A stretch of DNA of 56,523 nucleotides. Origin: Pseudomonadota bacterium (lineage in GTDB: Bacteria > Desulfobacterota > Desulfobacteria > Desulfobacterales > JBDRRP01). How positions within the stretch are numbered: position 1 is the stretch's first letter; each line of letters starts with the position of its first letter. The position numbers and the translations under genes are program-made. The stretch spans positions 1 to 56,523 of the forward strand of contig JBDRRP010000083.1 of NCBI GenBank assembly GCA_043825735.1, read 5' to 3'. The notes beneath the pieces were generated by a model that searched no databases, had not been told where the DNA came from, and worked only from the letters and a program-made list of their open reading frames with translations. Below are positions 1-8,933 of this stretch, piece by piece.

Positions 1-74
1 AGCTGCTGGAGCACTCCGATGCTTTCAACGATCTGAAAGACGAACTCAAGGCAACAATGGCCCCAGCCCCGTAA
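1..74 (+). CDS. 3' end of an upstream CDS (partial, product unknown)
   Basis: Frame 3 is open from the window start (LLEHSDAFNDLKDELKATMAPAP) to TAA at 72-74, with typical GC3-rich codons. Confidence 0.55.
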   Translation, partial: LLEHSDAFNDLKDELKATMAPAP

Positions 75-239
75 ATTGAACTACGGAGTTAATCCGTGGG
101 AAGTCAACAGTAATTTTGGGCGTATGTCATGCCCGAAAGCAGTGAAATTCTACGATAAATTCTTTACGGATTAACTGTAAAAAAGCATTAAATGGCATTA
201 ACAATCGTTCTTTGACAAATTGGTAGAACCTGTACTTTG

Positions 240-389
240 GAGCCCGATCTTGCTATGCTGCGGGCTCTGGAACGGGAGTGATGACCTCGCACTTTGTGTT
301 ATCAATACTGCGTAGTGATCACAAGGTCGTCGGAAACATTGACCTTTGACGTTACACTCGAGCTTCACAGAAATCCGGATTGCCCGTTC
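240..389 (+). ncRNA. Candidate structured RNA (unassigned family)
   Basis: Stems found by eye: GAGCCCG/CGGGCTC (240-246/261-267) and GAACGGG/CCCGTTC (270-276/383-389), the latter enclosing a long stem 278-322 and AAGGTC/GACCTT (323-328/341-346). Preceded by a boxA-like GTTCTTTGACAA. Confidence 0.35.
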
Positions 390-570
390 TTCTGAGATTT
401 CGATAAACGCCAGCCTTTTTTATGCCTTGAGCCTTACACGAATCGTAGTGTTTTTTAAGGTAATCTATTATTAACAATCAAACTAATATGCCGGCGTCCG
501 ACGGTGTGAAGGTCATTGGTATTTACGGCTTTCGAAATCTTAGAAACCGCTGTCATTCTTAGGTGTTGCT

Positions 571-1695
571 ATGAAACATGCTGTCAGCTGTGTTCTTTTA
601 ACCTTTGGATTGATTCTTTTTTATGGGCCGATCCATGCCAAAGTTTACAAATGGGTCGACGAGGGCGGTATCACCCGGTTTTCCGATACGCCGCCGCCGG
701 GTGTTGTCGATAACACCCCGGCACAAACCGACACCCCAGCGGAAAAAGAGACGGACCCATACGGACCCGATCTCGATCCCATCAACGTCACTTTCGACTT
801 GTCCGGCGAGGTCAGAGACGCCAAGGGCAATCTTGTGAACGGCGTGACCATGACCATCCTTGAGCACCACCCGCGTCCAGACACCATCGGTTTCAAAGAG
901 GTCCGTAAAAAGCAGACCGTCAACGAACGGTTCCATATCGCCTGTTCGGGGTGCCCGATCCACCGGCTGCGGTTCAGGGCCCCCGGCTATCTATCCGAGG
1001 AGTACACCATCAAGGCCACCGGGGCCGAAGAGCAGCGGCTCCAGCGGCAATTCGTCGCCACCGCTTACGGCGTGAACAGCCCCGGGGCGCTGGATCCCAT
1101 CACCATCCGCCGAAACGACATCGTGATCGTGCTGCAATCGGAAGACAGCGTTGTGCGCCTGCACCGCGTCGAGTTCCGGCTTTCGGCAACCAGTGCGGGG
1201 CCCTTTATCGTCCTGGCCGGCCCGCCTGAAACCCCAAAAGAGACATCTTACCGCCATGCCCTGGAACAAATGTCGGCGGCGACAAAAACCGGTTCTCCAT
1301 ATGGCATGGTATTGCTGTCCACCGGCAACATGCCTTTCGATCATTTTGCTTCGGCAGGCAAAAAGAACACGTTGCACACATTAGGCACACCCCTGTACCT
1401 TGAAATCAAGGAAATTGACGGTGGGTTTGTTACGGCCACGCCCGCCACCGGGCCTTACCGAAAACGATTCGATTCGCTGACCGAAGCGCCGGCGTCAGGC
1501 TACCGGCCGCAGTTGACCGTCAGCACGTCCAACACGGACGGGGTGTTTTTTTACTTCAAATTCGGGTCCGTATACGGGAAAGGGCATTTGTACTGCCCGG
1601 TCTATATGAGCATCAATAGCAACGGTCTTCTGGATACCCAGGTGCAGCTCTTTCTTAACCCCACCGGTAGCAGAAATCTCAAGTCCCGGATTTAA
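571..1695 (+). CDS. Exported DUF4124-domain protein
   Basis: Signal peptide followed by VYKWVDEGGITRFSDTPPPG (DUF4124 signature). Remainder unassigned. Confidence 0.75.
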   Translation: MKHAVSCVLLTFGLILFYGPIHAKVYKWVDEGGITRFSDTPPPGVVDNTPAQTDTPAEKETDPYGPDLDPINVTFDLSGEVRDAKGNLVNGVTMTILEHHPRPDTIGFKEVRKKQTVNERFHIACSGCPIHRLRFRAPGYLSEEYTIKATGAEEQRLQRQFVATAYGVNSPGALDPITIRRNDIVIVLQSEDSVVRLHRVEFRLSATSAGPFIVLAGPPETPKETSYRHALEQMSAATKTGSPYGMVLLSTGNMPFDHFASAGKKNTLHTLGTPLYLEIKEIDGGFVTATPATGPYRKRFDSLTEAPASGYRPQLTVSTSNTDGVFFYFKFGSVYGKGHLYCPVYMSINSNGLLDTQVQLFLNPTGSRNLKSRI

Positions 1696-1776
1696 ATAAC
1701 GCACTACATTATCGGCCATTCGACCCTTGGCGGCGTTCTTACTTGTTTGTGAATCGATACAACAAAGGCCGGGAAT

Positions 1777-3417
1777 ATGAAAAACTGCAGTACAAACTTT
1801 CCCCTCGCAACACTGGTCGAACGCTTCGAGCCGCTGGTCATCACAAATGACCAGAAAACGGTCATCCAGCACGGTGCCGGCAAGGCACCCGATAAATTCC
1901 TTCGCAAATTATTCTTGAAGCGATGCCCTCTGGCGGTGCTCGATCAAGAAACGCTTAAAATGATTCAGGTGCTGAGGCTGCACGAGGCAATCGATCACAC
2001 CCGGAGCGTGACCGGTTCGGCGGTGCTCCTGAGGTCACTGGTCCAACCCAGCACCGATCTGCAGCACATTCGATCAAAGCAGGCATCATTGCGGGAGATC
2101 GCATCCGCTGACAGGCTGCGCCAGGCGCTTGAGGATTGCGTCCACGAATTCAGCGTCGGCGAAAACGCACTCTACAAGTTTTTCAACAAGGGCCTCTACG
2201 CGCTGTTTCCATATCTTGACATCAAACGGGCCAAACGGGCGGCCGTCAATATGCTCAGGGTTCTCGATGCGATCCCCGACACTGAATCCGCATATATCAG
2301 CGCGTTGCTGTCACAGCTGCGCGCCTACCAGGGATCACCGATTGACCAGATGATGACCGGTTCGATCTACAAGACCTTTGACGGACTGAAATCTGAAAAT
2401 GAAGTCGGGGTTTTTACACCGAAGATCAAGTTCACACCCCACCGGTTCACGAAATGGGTTTTTGCTGGCCCTGCAGTGGCCCTGGCGCCCCATATTCTGA
2501 GCAAGGCCGGATTTGCGCAGCCGCTGTCCCCGCTGATGCCAATCATCGGAGCGGTATGGACAGGGCTCTATGCGTTCTACGGTTTGGCATTCAAGCCGAT
2601 ACGGGACACTGACCATTTCATCGAGCCTTTTAGAAAGCGATGTATCACCGACAGCGCATTCGGCCGTGCCGTTGACGCCATCGGCATGATCGACGAACTC
2701 CTGTCGTGCCACAACTTCGCTAATGCATGGCCTCACGCCGCCACACTGCCGGAAGTCACTGACGACGATCACCATTGTTTCCAGGCCACCGGGCTTAGAA
2801 ATCCCGTCCTGGCAAAGCCGGGAATGGATTTTGTCCCAAATGATATAAACCTGAATGGGGCAAGACTCACCTTTATCAGCGGGCCCAACAGCGGCGGCAA
2901 GACGACGATCTGCAAGAGCATTGTCCACAACCAGGTGCTGGCGCAGATGGGAGCCTATGTTCTTGCAAAAAAGGCCGTCATCAACATCGCAGACATGATA
3001 AGTTATCAAGCGCCCAAATTTGACGGGTTGCAGGACGATGAGGGAAGGTTCGGCACCGAACTGAGCAGGACCCGGGACATCTTCTATTCCACCAGCCCCA
3101 AGAGCCTGGTGATTCTGGATGAACTGGCGGAAGGCACGACCTATGAAGAGCGGCTGCATGAATCCTTTGAAATCATGAGCGACTTTCACACCATCGGCAA
3201 CAGCACCCTTCTTGTCACGCACAACCACTCATTGGTGGACCGGTTCATGGGCGCGCAACAGGGGCAGAGCCTTATGGTTGAGTTCCAAGGGGACGCGCCC
3301 ACATACAGGATCATACCCGGCATCTCAAGGGTCTCCCATGCCGACCGGGTCGCTAAAAAAATCAATTTCTCCCGAGACGACAGACGACAATATATGCAGG
3401 AAAAAGGGTACATATAA
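1777..3417 (+). CDS. MutS-related ATPase (domain V only, membrane-associated)
   Basis: Walker A GPNSGGKTT, Walker B ILDELAEGT, VTHN, C-terminal GISRVSHA. Central hydrophobic stretch, no mismatch-binding domain. Confidence 0.85.
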   Translation: MKNCSTNFPLATLVERFEPLVITNDQKTVIQHGAGKAPDKFLRKLFLKRCPLAVLDQETLKMIQVLRLHEAIDHTRSVTGSAVLLRSLVQPSTDLQHIRSKQASLREIASADRLRQALEDCVHEFSVGENALYKFFNKGLYALFPYLDIKRAKRAAVNMLRVLDAIPDTESAYISALLSQLRAYQGSPIDQMMTGSIYKTFDGLKSENEVGVFTPKIKFTPHRFTKWVFAGPAVALAPHILSKAGFAQPLSPLMPIIGAVWTGLYAFYGLAFKPIRDTDHFIEPFRKRCITDSAFGRAVDAIGMIDELLSCHNFANAWPHAATLPEVTDDDHHCFQATGLRNPVLAKPGMDFVPNDINLNGARLTFISGPNSGGKTTICKSIVHNQVLAQMGAYVLAKKAVINIADMISYQAPKFDGLQDDEGRFGTELSRTRDIFYSTSPKSLVILDELAEGTTYEERLHESFEIMSDFHTIGNSTLLVTHNHSLVDRFMGAQQGQSLMVEFQGDAPTYRIIPGISRVSHADRVAKKINFSRDDRRQYMQEKGYI

Positions 3418-3427
3418 GGATCATGCC

Positions 3428-4531
3428 GTGACAGACCTGCGAAACATGATCCTTCAAGACTGGGCCTCACCGGCAGTGGCCGTATTCTGCCTGGCGCAGA
3501 TCGGACTTGTCGGCCTCATCGATTTTCTGACCGGCCCGGATCTTTCTTTTTCCATTTTTTACCTTGCCCCGGTGCTCACGGCCGCATGGTTCAGCAACCG
3601 GACAGTTGCCATTGCCGTGTCCGTCGGCTCTGCCATCGTATGGCTGGTGCTGGACGTCGGCACGAGCCATCCCTATCCGAACCCGGTCATCCCGTTCTGG
3701 AACGCCGGCGTCAGACTCGGCTTTTTTTTGATTACGGGCTATCTTGCCGCCAATCTCAAGCTGCACCTCAAAATCGAAAAGGAAAAAGCCGACGCCGAGT
3801 TGAAGATCGCCCATGACATCCAGATGAGTTTGCTTCCCGGCCGATCACCCTCTTTCCCGGGGCAGGAAACGATTCAGGTCAGTGCCCGGCTTGAACCGGC
3901 GCGGATGGTGGGCGGTGATTTCTATGACTTTTTCTTCCTCGACGCCGACCATTTTTTCTTCTGCATCGGCGACGTTTCAGGCAAGGGAATCTCCGCGGCG
4001 CTGCTGATGGCCAAAACGATGAACCTGATCAAACTGTGCCCGAAAGAAACGCAGCTGCCCAGCGACATCATGGATGCGGTGAACACCGAGATCTGCGCCG
4101 GCAACGACGTCTTCTTTTTCATCACCGTGTTTTGCGGCGTTCTGAACACCCGCACGGGCGAGATCACCTACACCAATGCCGGCCACAATCCGCCACTTCA
4201 CCTGCGCAAGAATCGCTCGGCAACGTACCTTCCCCTGGCCCGGACGACCGCACTGGGAATCGACGCGGCATCCGTTTACGTCTCCGAACGGCTGCGCCTG
4301 GCGCCCGGCGATATCCTTTTCATGTACACCGACGGTATCACCGACACATTCGGCAGCGGGCAGCAGGTCTCCGGGGAAGACGGCCTGAAGGAAGCGCTGT
4401 TACACAGCGGCGGCAGGGACCTCGACGGAGTTGTCACGTCCGTTTTCAACCAGGCGAAATCGGACCCGGGACCCGATGCGCAGCACGATGATATCACGCT
4501 GCTGGCGATCGCATACGGCCCGGAATTATAA
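3428..4531 (+). CDS. Membrane-bound PP2C/SpoIIE (RsbU-like) phosphatase
   Basis: N-terminal TM helices, then motifs VGGDFYD, GDVSGKG, NAGH, YTDG, DDIT. GTG at 3428 follows an AAGGA RBS. Confidence 0.88.
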   Translation: MTDLRNMILQDWASPAVAVFCLAQIGLVGLIDFLTGPDLSFSIFYLAPVLTAAWFSNRTVAIAVSVGSAIVWLVLDVGTSHPYPNPVIPFWNAGVRLGFFLITGYLAANLKLHLKIEKEKADAELKIAHDIQMSLLPGRSPSFPGQETIQVSARLEPARMVGGDFYDFFFLDADHFFFCIGDVSGKGISAALLMAKTMNLIKLCPKETQLPSDIMDAVNTEICAGNDVFFFITVFCGVLNTRTGEITYTNAGHNPPLHLRKNRSATYLPLARTTALGIDAASVYVSERLRLAPGDILFMYTDGITDTFGSGQQVSGEDGLKEALLHSGGRDLDGVVTSVFNQAKSDPGPDAQHDDITLLAIAYGPEL

Positions 4532-4604
4532 ATGAACCCAAACATTTTTTCAGCAAACGTCACATCCGTTTTGGCCCTACCCAACCCGAAGTGAGGACCG
4601 CGTG

Positions 4605-5339
4605 ATGCAACTCATATTTGTTCATGGTTCAGGAGGCTGTAAGGAATCCTGGAAATACCAGACCCGGTTTTTCCCGGGGTCGGTAGCGATCGACCTGCCC
4701 GGGCACCCCGAAGGAGATCTGTGTGCCGCCATTGAAGGGTATGTCGCGTGGCTGCACAGCCATATCCACGCGCAGGGATACAAGGACGTGGTTCTGGTGG
4801 GGCATTCTCTGGGCGGGGGGATCGCCCTGCAATATGCCCTGGATCACGCCACCGACCTGTGGGGCATTGTTCTGGTCGGCAGCGGTGCCCGGCTACGGGT
4901 GCATCCCATGTTCCTGGAGGCGCTGGAAAAGATCATCGAAACGCCGGGGGCCGGCGAGGATATCTTCGCCGGCACCTACGACCTGATCGATCCGGAGTTG
5001 GCCGCCGTGATTCGAAGGCGTGCGGCGGAAAATGGCCCCGCGTCTTTTCTCAACGACCTCAAGGCCTGCAACCGGTTCGACGTGATGGGCCGTCTCGGCG
5101 AGATAACGGTGCCGATACTGGCGATAGCTGGGGATCGGGATGTGATGACGCCGCCCAAATACGCTCAGTTCCTTGCCGACAAGATCCCCGGCACCCGGGT
5201 CGCTGTCATCCCCGGCGGCACACACATGGTGTTCGCCGAAAAGCCCGCCGAGGTGAACCGGGCCATCGGCGACTTCATCACGGGGCTCACCGCGCGGGGT
5301 ATGAAATCACCCACTGCGCGCAGGCTTGGACCGGCATAA
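4605..5339 (+). CDS. Alpha/beta fold hydrolase
   Basis: FVHG, nucleophile GHSLGG, GDRD and GTH catalytic motifs. GAGGA RBS. Confidence 0.9.
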   Translation: MQLIFVHGSGGCKESWKYQTRFFPGSVAIDLPGHPEGDLCAAIEGYVAWLHSHIHAQGYKDVVLVGHSLGGGIALQYALDHATDLWGIVLVGSGARLRVHPMFLEALEKIIETPGAGEDIFAGTYDLIDPELAAVIRRRAAENGPASFLNDLKACNRFDVMGRLGEITVPILAIAGDRDVMTPPKYAQFLADKIPGTRVAVIPGGTHMVFAEKPAEVNRAIGDFITGLTARGMKSPTARRLGPA

Positions 5340-5412
5340 AAAAACAGGCCGTCATAATCGACACAACCGCTGCTGGCACGGGTATAGTATCTGTACGTCA
5401 AGGAATCTGACG

Positions 5413-5877
5413 ATGGTCATTGTAACGGCCGAAACCCCGGTCCAATTTCAGCAGGCCGCCGGCCTTTTTCAGGAATATGCGGCCGGATTGGGCTTTGACC
5501 TTGCCTTCCAGGGGTTCGACGCGGAGTTGGAAAACCTGCCGGTCATGTACGGGCCGCCGGACGGCTGTCTGCTGCTGGTGATGTCACCCGGAGGTGAGGC
5601 TGTCGGCTGCGTGGGGCTCCGGCGTCTGGCAGACGGCGCGTGCGAAATGAAGCGGCTCTACGTCAAACCGGACATCCATGGGCAGGGACTGGGCCGCCGT
5701 CTGGCCGAAGCCGTCATCGCCGAGGCACGCGCTTTGGGCTACGCGGCCGTTCGCCTGGACACCGTCGCCGAGATGGCCGCCGCCAACGCCCTGTACCTAT
5801 CGCTGGGATTTCGGCCGATACCCGCCTACCGCTACAACCCGCTGGAGACGGCGGCCTATTACGAGTTGCCGCTGTAA
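5413..5877 (+). CDS. GNAT family N-acetyltransferase
   Basis: CEMKRLYV..GQGLGRRL acetyl-CoA motif, ALYLSLGF. AAGGA RBS. Confidence 0.9.
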   Translation: MVIVTAETPVQFQQAAGLFQEYAAGLGFDLAFQGFDAELENLPVMYGPPDGCLLLVMSPGGEAVGCVGLRRLADGACEMKRLYVKPDIHGQGLGRRLAEAVIAEARALGYAAVRLDTVAEMAAANALYLSLGFRPIPAYRYNPLETAAYYELPL

Positions 5878-5900
5878 AATCAACGACAACGGCCGGAGGG

Positions 5901-5998
5901 CAGATGAACGCGGATAGAGAAATGGCGGCTTTGCCGCAAAGGTCAAAAGTAAAGAATTGATTAACCGCAGATTATGCGGATGGTCGGCCTGCGGCCGA
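5901..5998. repeat. Composite intergenic repeat, copy 1 (copy 2 at 46831-46945)
   Basis: GATGAACGCRGATA..AAATGGCGGC..ACCGCAGATTAYGCGGAT..CGGCCTGCGGCCG is shared, in the same order, with 46831-46945. Confidence 0.7.
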
Positions 5999-6309
5999 AA
6001 AGCGAAAATCAACAGCAAAGAATTTTGACAGGATTAACAGGATATACCTGATAGGGGCTGTCTTCGGCTGGAAAAACAGCTGATAAGCCAAAGGCAATTT
6101 AGCAGTTGTATTCCGCGGGGCGATCGTAGTAACGTTCATATCATTCAATCCTGCCACAAACGAGGTGCCACGGATACGGAGCCAGTATTTCGAAACCGCC
6201 CTCTGACCGGCCACACAGGCTGTCCACTTGAATCCCGAACAGCCACTCTTTTAGGAACCGACTGTATCCTTAATAGAACGCATACACACCCCAATCAGAG
6301 GAGACTGGC

Positions 6310-6765
6310 ATGAAAATCTATGCAGGAAACCTGTCTTATGAAGTCACCAGTGACGACCTGCGGGCGGCTTTCGAACCGTTCGGGCAGGTGGAGTCGGTCA
6401 ACATCATCACCGACCGGGGCACTGGTCAGTCGAAAGGGTTTGGTTTTGTCGAAATGGAAGCCCGCGGAGAGGCCCTGGCGGCCATTGAAGCGTTGAACGG
6501 CACCGAGCTGAAAGGCCGCGCGATAAAGGTCAATGAGGCGAAACCCCGCACCGAAAACCGAGGCGGCGGACGCGGTCCGGGTGGCGGCGGCGGACGTGGC
6601 GGCGGTGGCGGCGGATACGGTGGCGGCGGACGTGGCGGCAGTGGTGGCGGTGGCGGATACGGTGGTGGTGGCGGCGGACGCGGTGGCGGCGGCGGTTACG
6701 GCGGCGGCAATCGGGGTGGCGGCTACGGCGGCGGTGGTGGCGGCGGACGCGGCGGCGACCGTTAG
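6310..6765 (+). CDS. RRM RNA-binding protein with Gly/Arg/Tyr-rich tail
   Basis: RNP2 IYAGNL, RNP1 KGFGFVEM, (GGGGR/GGGGY)n tail. GAGGAG RBS. Confidence 0.95.
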   Translation: MKIYAGNLSYEVTSDDLRAAFEPFGQVESVNIITDRGTGQSKGFGFVEMEARGEALAAIEALNGTELKGRAIKVNEAKPRTENRGGGRGPGGGGGRGGGGGGYGGGGRGGSGGGGGYGGGGGGRGGGGGYGGGNRGGGYGGGGGGGRGGDR

Positions 6766-7140
6766 GCCCTGCAGCGCCGGGCACCGTTTTCCTTGTCCGG
6801 GCAGCCGACCAATCATCGACCGTGCGCTTTGCCGTAAACCCGCAGAGCGCGCACTCCGCGCAGTGACGCGACGACCGCGGTCATGCGTTTGAGCCCACGG
6901 GCGCTCGCCGGTGTTTTGCTGCCGGAGGCCTTCCGGCCAGGGCGGTTTACCTGCTTTAAAAACAATTAGCGCCGGCATGCCGACGATCGTGACCACACGA
7001 TCGGGCTGCCGGCCTTTGGACGAACGCTCCCCCGACGGTCCCCCCTTAAAAACAGCCTCGCGTTAATATCCTTCCCGTTGACTGCCTATTCTCCGGCAAC
7101 GTCCCCGAGCCTCAGAAAAAGCAAAAATAGAAAGGCCCGT

Positions 7141-7278
7141 TTTCGCGCAGGGACACAGAGACGCCGGGAAAATCAACCACTCTATGAAAAATTCTGATCC
7201 CACCATCTCACGGCGACGCTTTTGCGTTTTGACGAGCACAATATGGTTTTCTCTGCGCCCCTGCGCCTCTGCGGGAAA
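7141..7278. repeat. Periodic-unit inverted repeat element (8-nt CGCAGAGA-type units)
   Basis: Arms 7141-7172 and 7247-7278 are imperfect reverse complements. Confidence 0.7.
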
Positions 7279-7339
7279 TTAACAACCACTGAAGCAGATC
7301 CTCCTTAGCTGACGCCGCGAAAGAACAAATGGCCCGCCC

Positions 7340-7543
7340 CTACACGCCCATCTCCGCGTCCACCACCCGGCGGACATCTGCCAGACATCAGGTGCCCTTG
7401 GGATTTGCCTCCTTGCACCGGCACCGGCCAAAGCGTTTGGCCTCCGAGATGGCCTCGGAAATGGTGGATCGGCCGTTTTTGCGGATGTCTTCCCGAATAT
7501 CGGCCGCCGTGTGCCCGAAGCAGTAGCAGATGGTTTCAGTCAT
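7340..7543 (-). CDS. Small (2Fe-2S)/metallochaperone-like selenoprotein, 67 aa, Sec52
   Basis: MTETICYCF...GRCRCKEANPKGT-[TGA 7388-7390]-CLADVRRVVDAEMGV-TAG. The TGA sits at the first Cys of the family NPxGxCC motif and a SECIS-like hairpin follows. ATG overlaps the upstream gene's stop. Confidence 0.85.
7358..7375 (-). promoter_or_regulatory. Putative bacterial SECIS element
   Basis: GTCCGCC-GGGT-GGTGGAC hairpin starting 12 nt after the UGA, with a G-starting apical loop. Confidence 0.75.
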
Positions 7544-8912
7544 GGATGATGATCGCCTGTATGTCACAAACATTGGTGTTGGTGGGGCCGGTCTTGAGCA
7601 GACCGCCAACCCGCTCAAAAAAGTGGTAGGCGTCGTTATTCTTGAGAAAACCCGTCGGAGAGAGCCCGGCCTGTGCCGCCGCCTTCAGGATCCCGTGATG
7701 CGCAAACGCACCGGCGGCGTCGGTGGGGCCGTCGCCGCCGTCTGTAGAGGCGGCCAAAAAATGGATGCCGGCGGTATCGACGGGACTCAAGGCCATTTCA
7801 ACCAGAAAAGCGAGCGCCATTTCCTGGTTGCGCCCGCCGGTGCCGTCGCCGCGGATGGTCACGGTGGTCTCTCCGCCACAGATCACACACAGGGGCAGCG
7901 CGCCCAGCAGCCCACGCTTTTTGGCGTCCTTGGCGATCCCGCAAAGCACCCGGGCCACTTCCCGGGCCTCGCCGATCACCTGGGAGGAGAGCACCACGGT
8001 GGTGTATCCCAAGTCCCGCGCTTTGCCGGCTGCCGCCTGAAGGCCGAGAAAGTTGGTTCCGATGACCAGGTTGTCCACTTTTGCAAAAGCCGGGTGACCT
8101 CCGTCGGGAGTGTCGGGAACATCGCCGGATAGCCCAAAATCGATAACCGTCCGTACAGCGTCCGGCAGTTTTCCCGCCAGGTCGTACTTTGCCATGATGG
8201 CCGCCACATCGGCAAAGGTGGTGCTGTCACCGGTGGTAGGACCCGATGCGATCACGTCCAGGCTGTCGCCCACCACGTCAGAAAGAATCAGACTCACCAC
8301 CGTGGCCGGAAAAAGCATTTCAGCCAACCGGCCGCCCTTGATCAGGGACAAATGTTTTCTGACGCAGTTGATTTCGTTGATGGTGGCACCGCACGCCAGC
8401 AGCAGACGCGTCACCGCTTGTTTTTCGGCCAGAGAGATCCTGACGGCGCGCTCACCGTCGCCATATTCCGCAGGATAAGGCATCAATGCCGATCCGCCCC
8501 CTGAGATCAAGGTCAGCACCAGGGTGTCCGCATCGGCCCCCCGGGCCAGCGCAGCCATTTCCCGGGCGGCCCGTTCGCCCTCAGCGTCGGGTACCGGGTG
8601 GTCGGCCTCGATGGTTCGAATGCGCGCCAGCGGCTCGGTGTGGCCGTATTTGACGCTGATGATCCCGCCTGTGATCCGCTCGCCCAGGACGGCCTCCAGC
8701 GCCCGAGCCATGCGGGCCGTTGCTTTTCCCGCCCCGATGACCAGTACCTGCTTGAAAGCGTCGAGATCGATGACCCGCTCCCGCCCCTCGGCGGTGATTT
8801 GGAGAAAGCCGCCTTTCCTGCTCAGGGTGCTGCGGATCAGGGTGTCCGGATCCACCCGCCGGACCCCGGCAGCGAAGATGCGCCTTAGATCGTCATTGAC
8901 GGCTGGTTTCAT
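7536..8912 (-). CDS. Glycerate 2-kinase / hydroxypyruvate reductase (MOFRL family)
   Basis: GAGKA, HPVPD, LISGGGSAL, SDVVGD, GGETTV, GGRNQE, STDGGDG, TGPTNTNVCD. Confidence 0.92.
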   Translation of the reverse strand: MKPAVNDDLRRIFAAGVRRVDPDTLIRSTLSRKGGFLQITAEGRERVIDLDAFKQVLVIGAGKATARMARALEAVLGERITGGIISVKYGHTEPLARIRTIEADHPVPDAEGERAAREMAALARGADADTLVLTLISGGGSALMPYPAEYGDGERAVRISLAEKQAVTRLLLACGATINEINCVRKHLSLIKGGRLAEMLFPATVVSLILSDVVGDSLDVIASGPTTGDSTTFADVAAIMAKYDLAGKLPDAVRTVIDFGLSGDVPDTPDGGHPAFAKVDNLVIGTNFLGLQAAAGKARDLGYTTVVLSSQVIGEAREVARVLCGIAKDAKKRGLLGALPLCVICGGETTVTIRGDGTGGRNQEMALAFLVEMALSPVDTAGIHFLAASTDGGDGPTDAAGAFAHHGILKAAAQAGLSPTGFLKNNDAYHFFERVGGLLKTGPTNTNVCDIQAIIIHD

Positions 8913-8933
8913 AAAGCGCGTTTCTCCTGATAG

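Noticed and set aside
5374..5389. TGGCAC sigma54-like motif before the GNAT gene
   Set aside because: The -12 position reads TAGT, not TGC.
6560..6760. GGC/GGT tandem repeats
   Set aside because: Explained by the Gly-rich tail of the RRM protein. The overlapping Ala/Arg-rich ORFs are shadows.
7388..7618. 76-aa ORF ending at TGA as given in the ORF track
   Set aside because: The start overlaps glycerate kinase, and the TGA is better explained as Sec. Replaced by 7340-7543.
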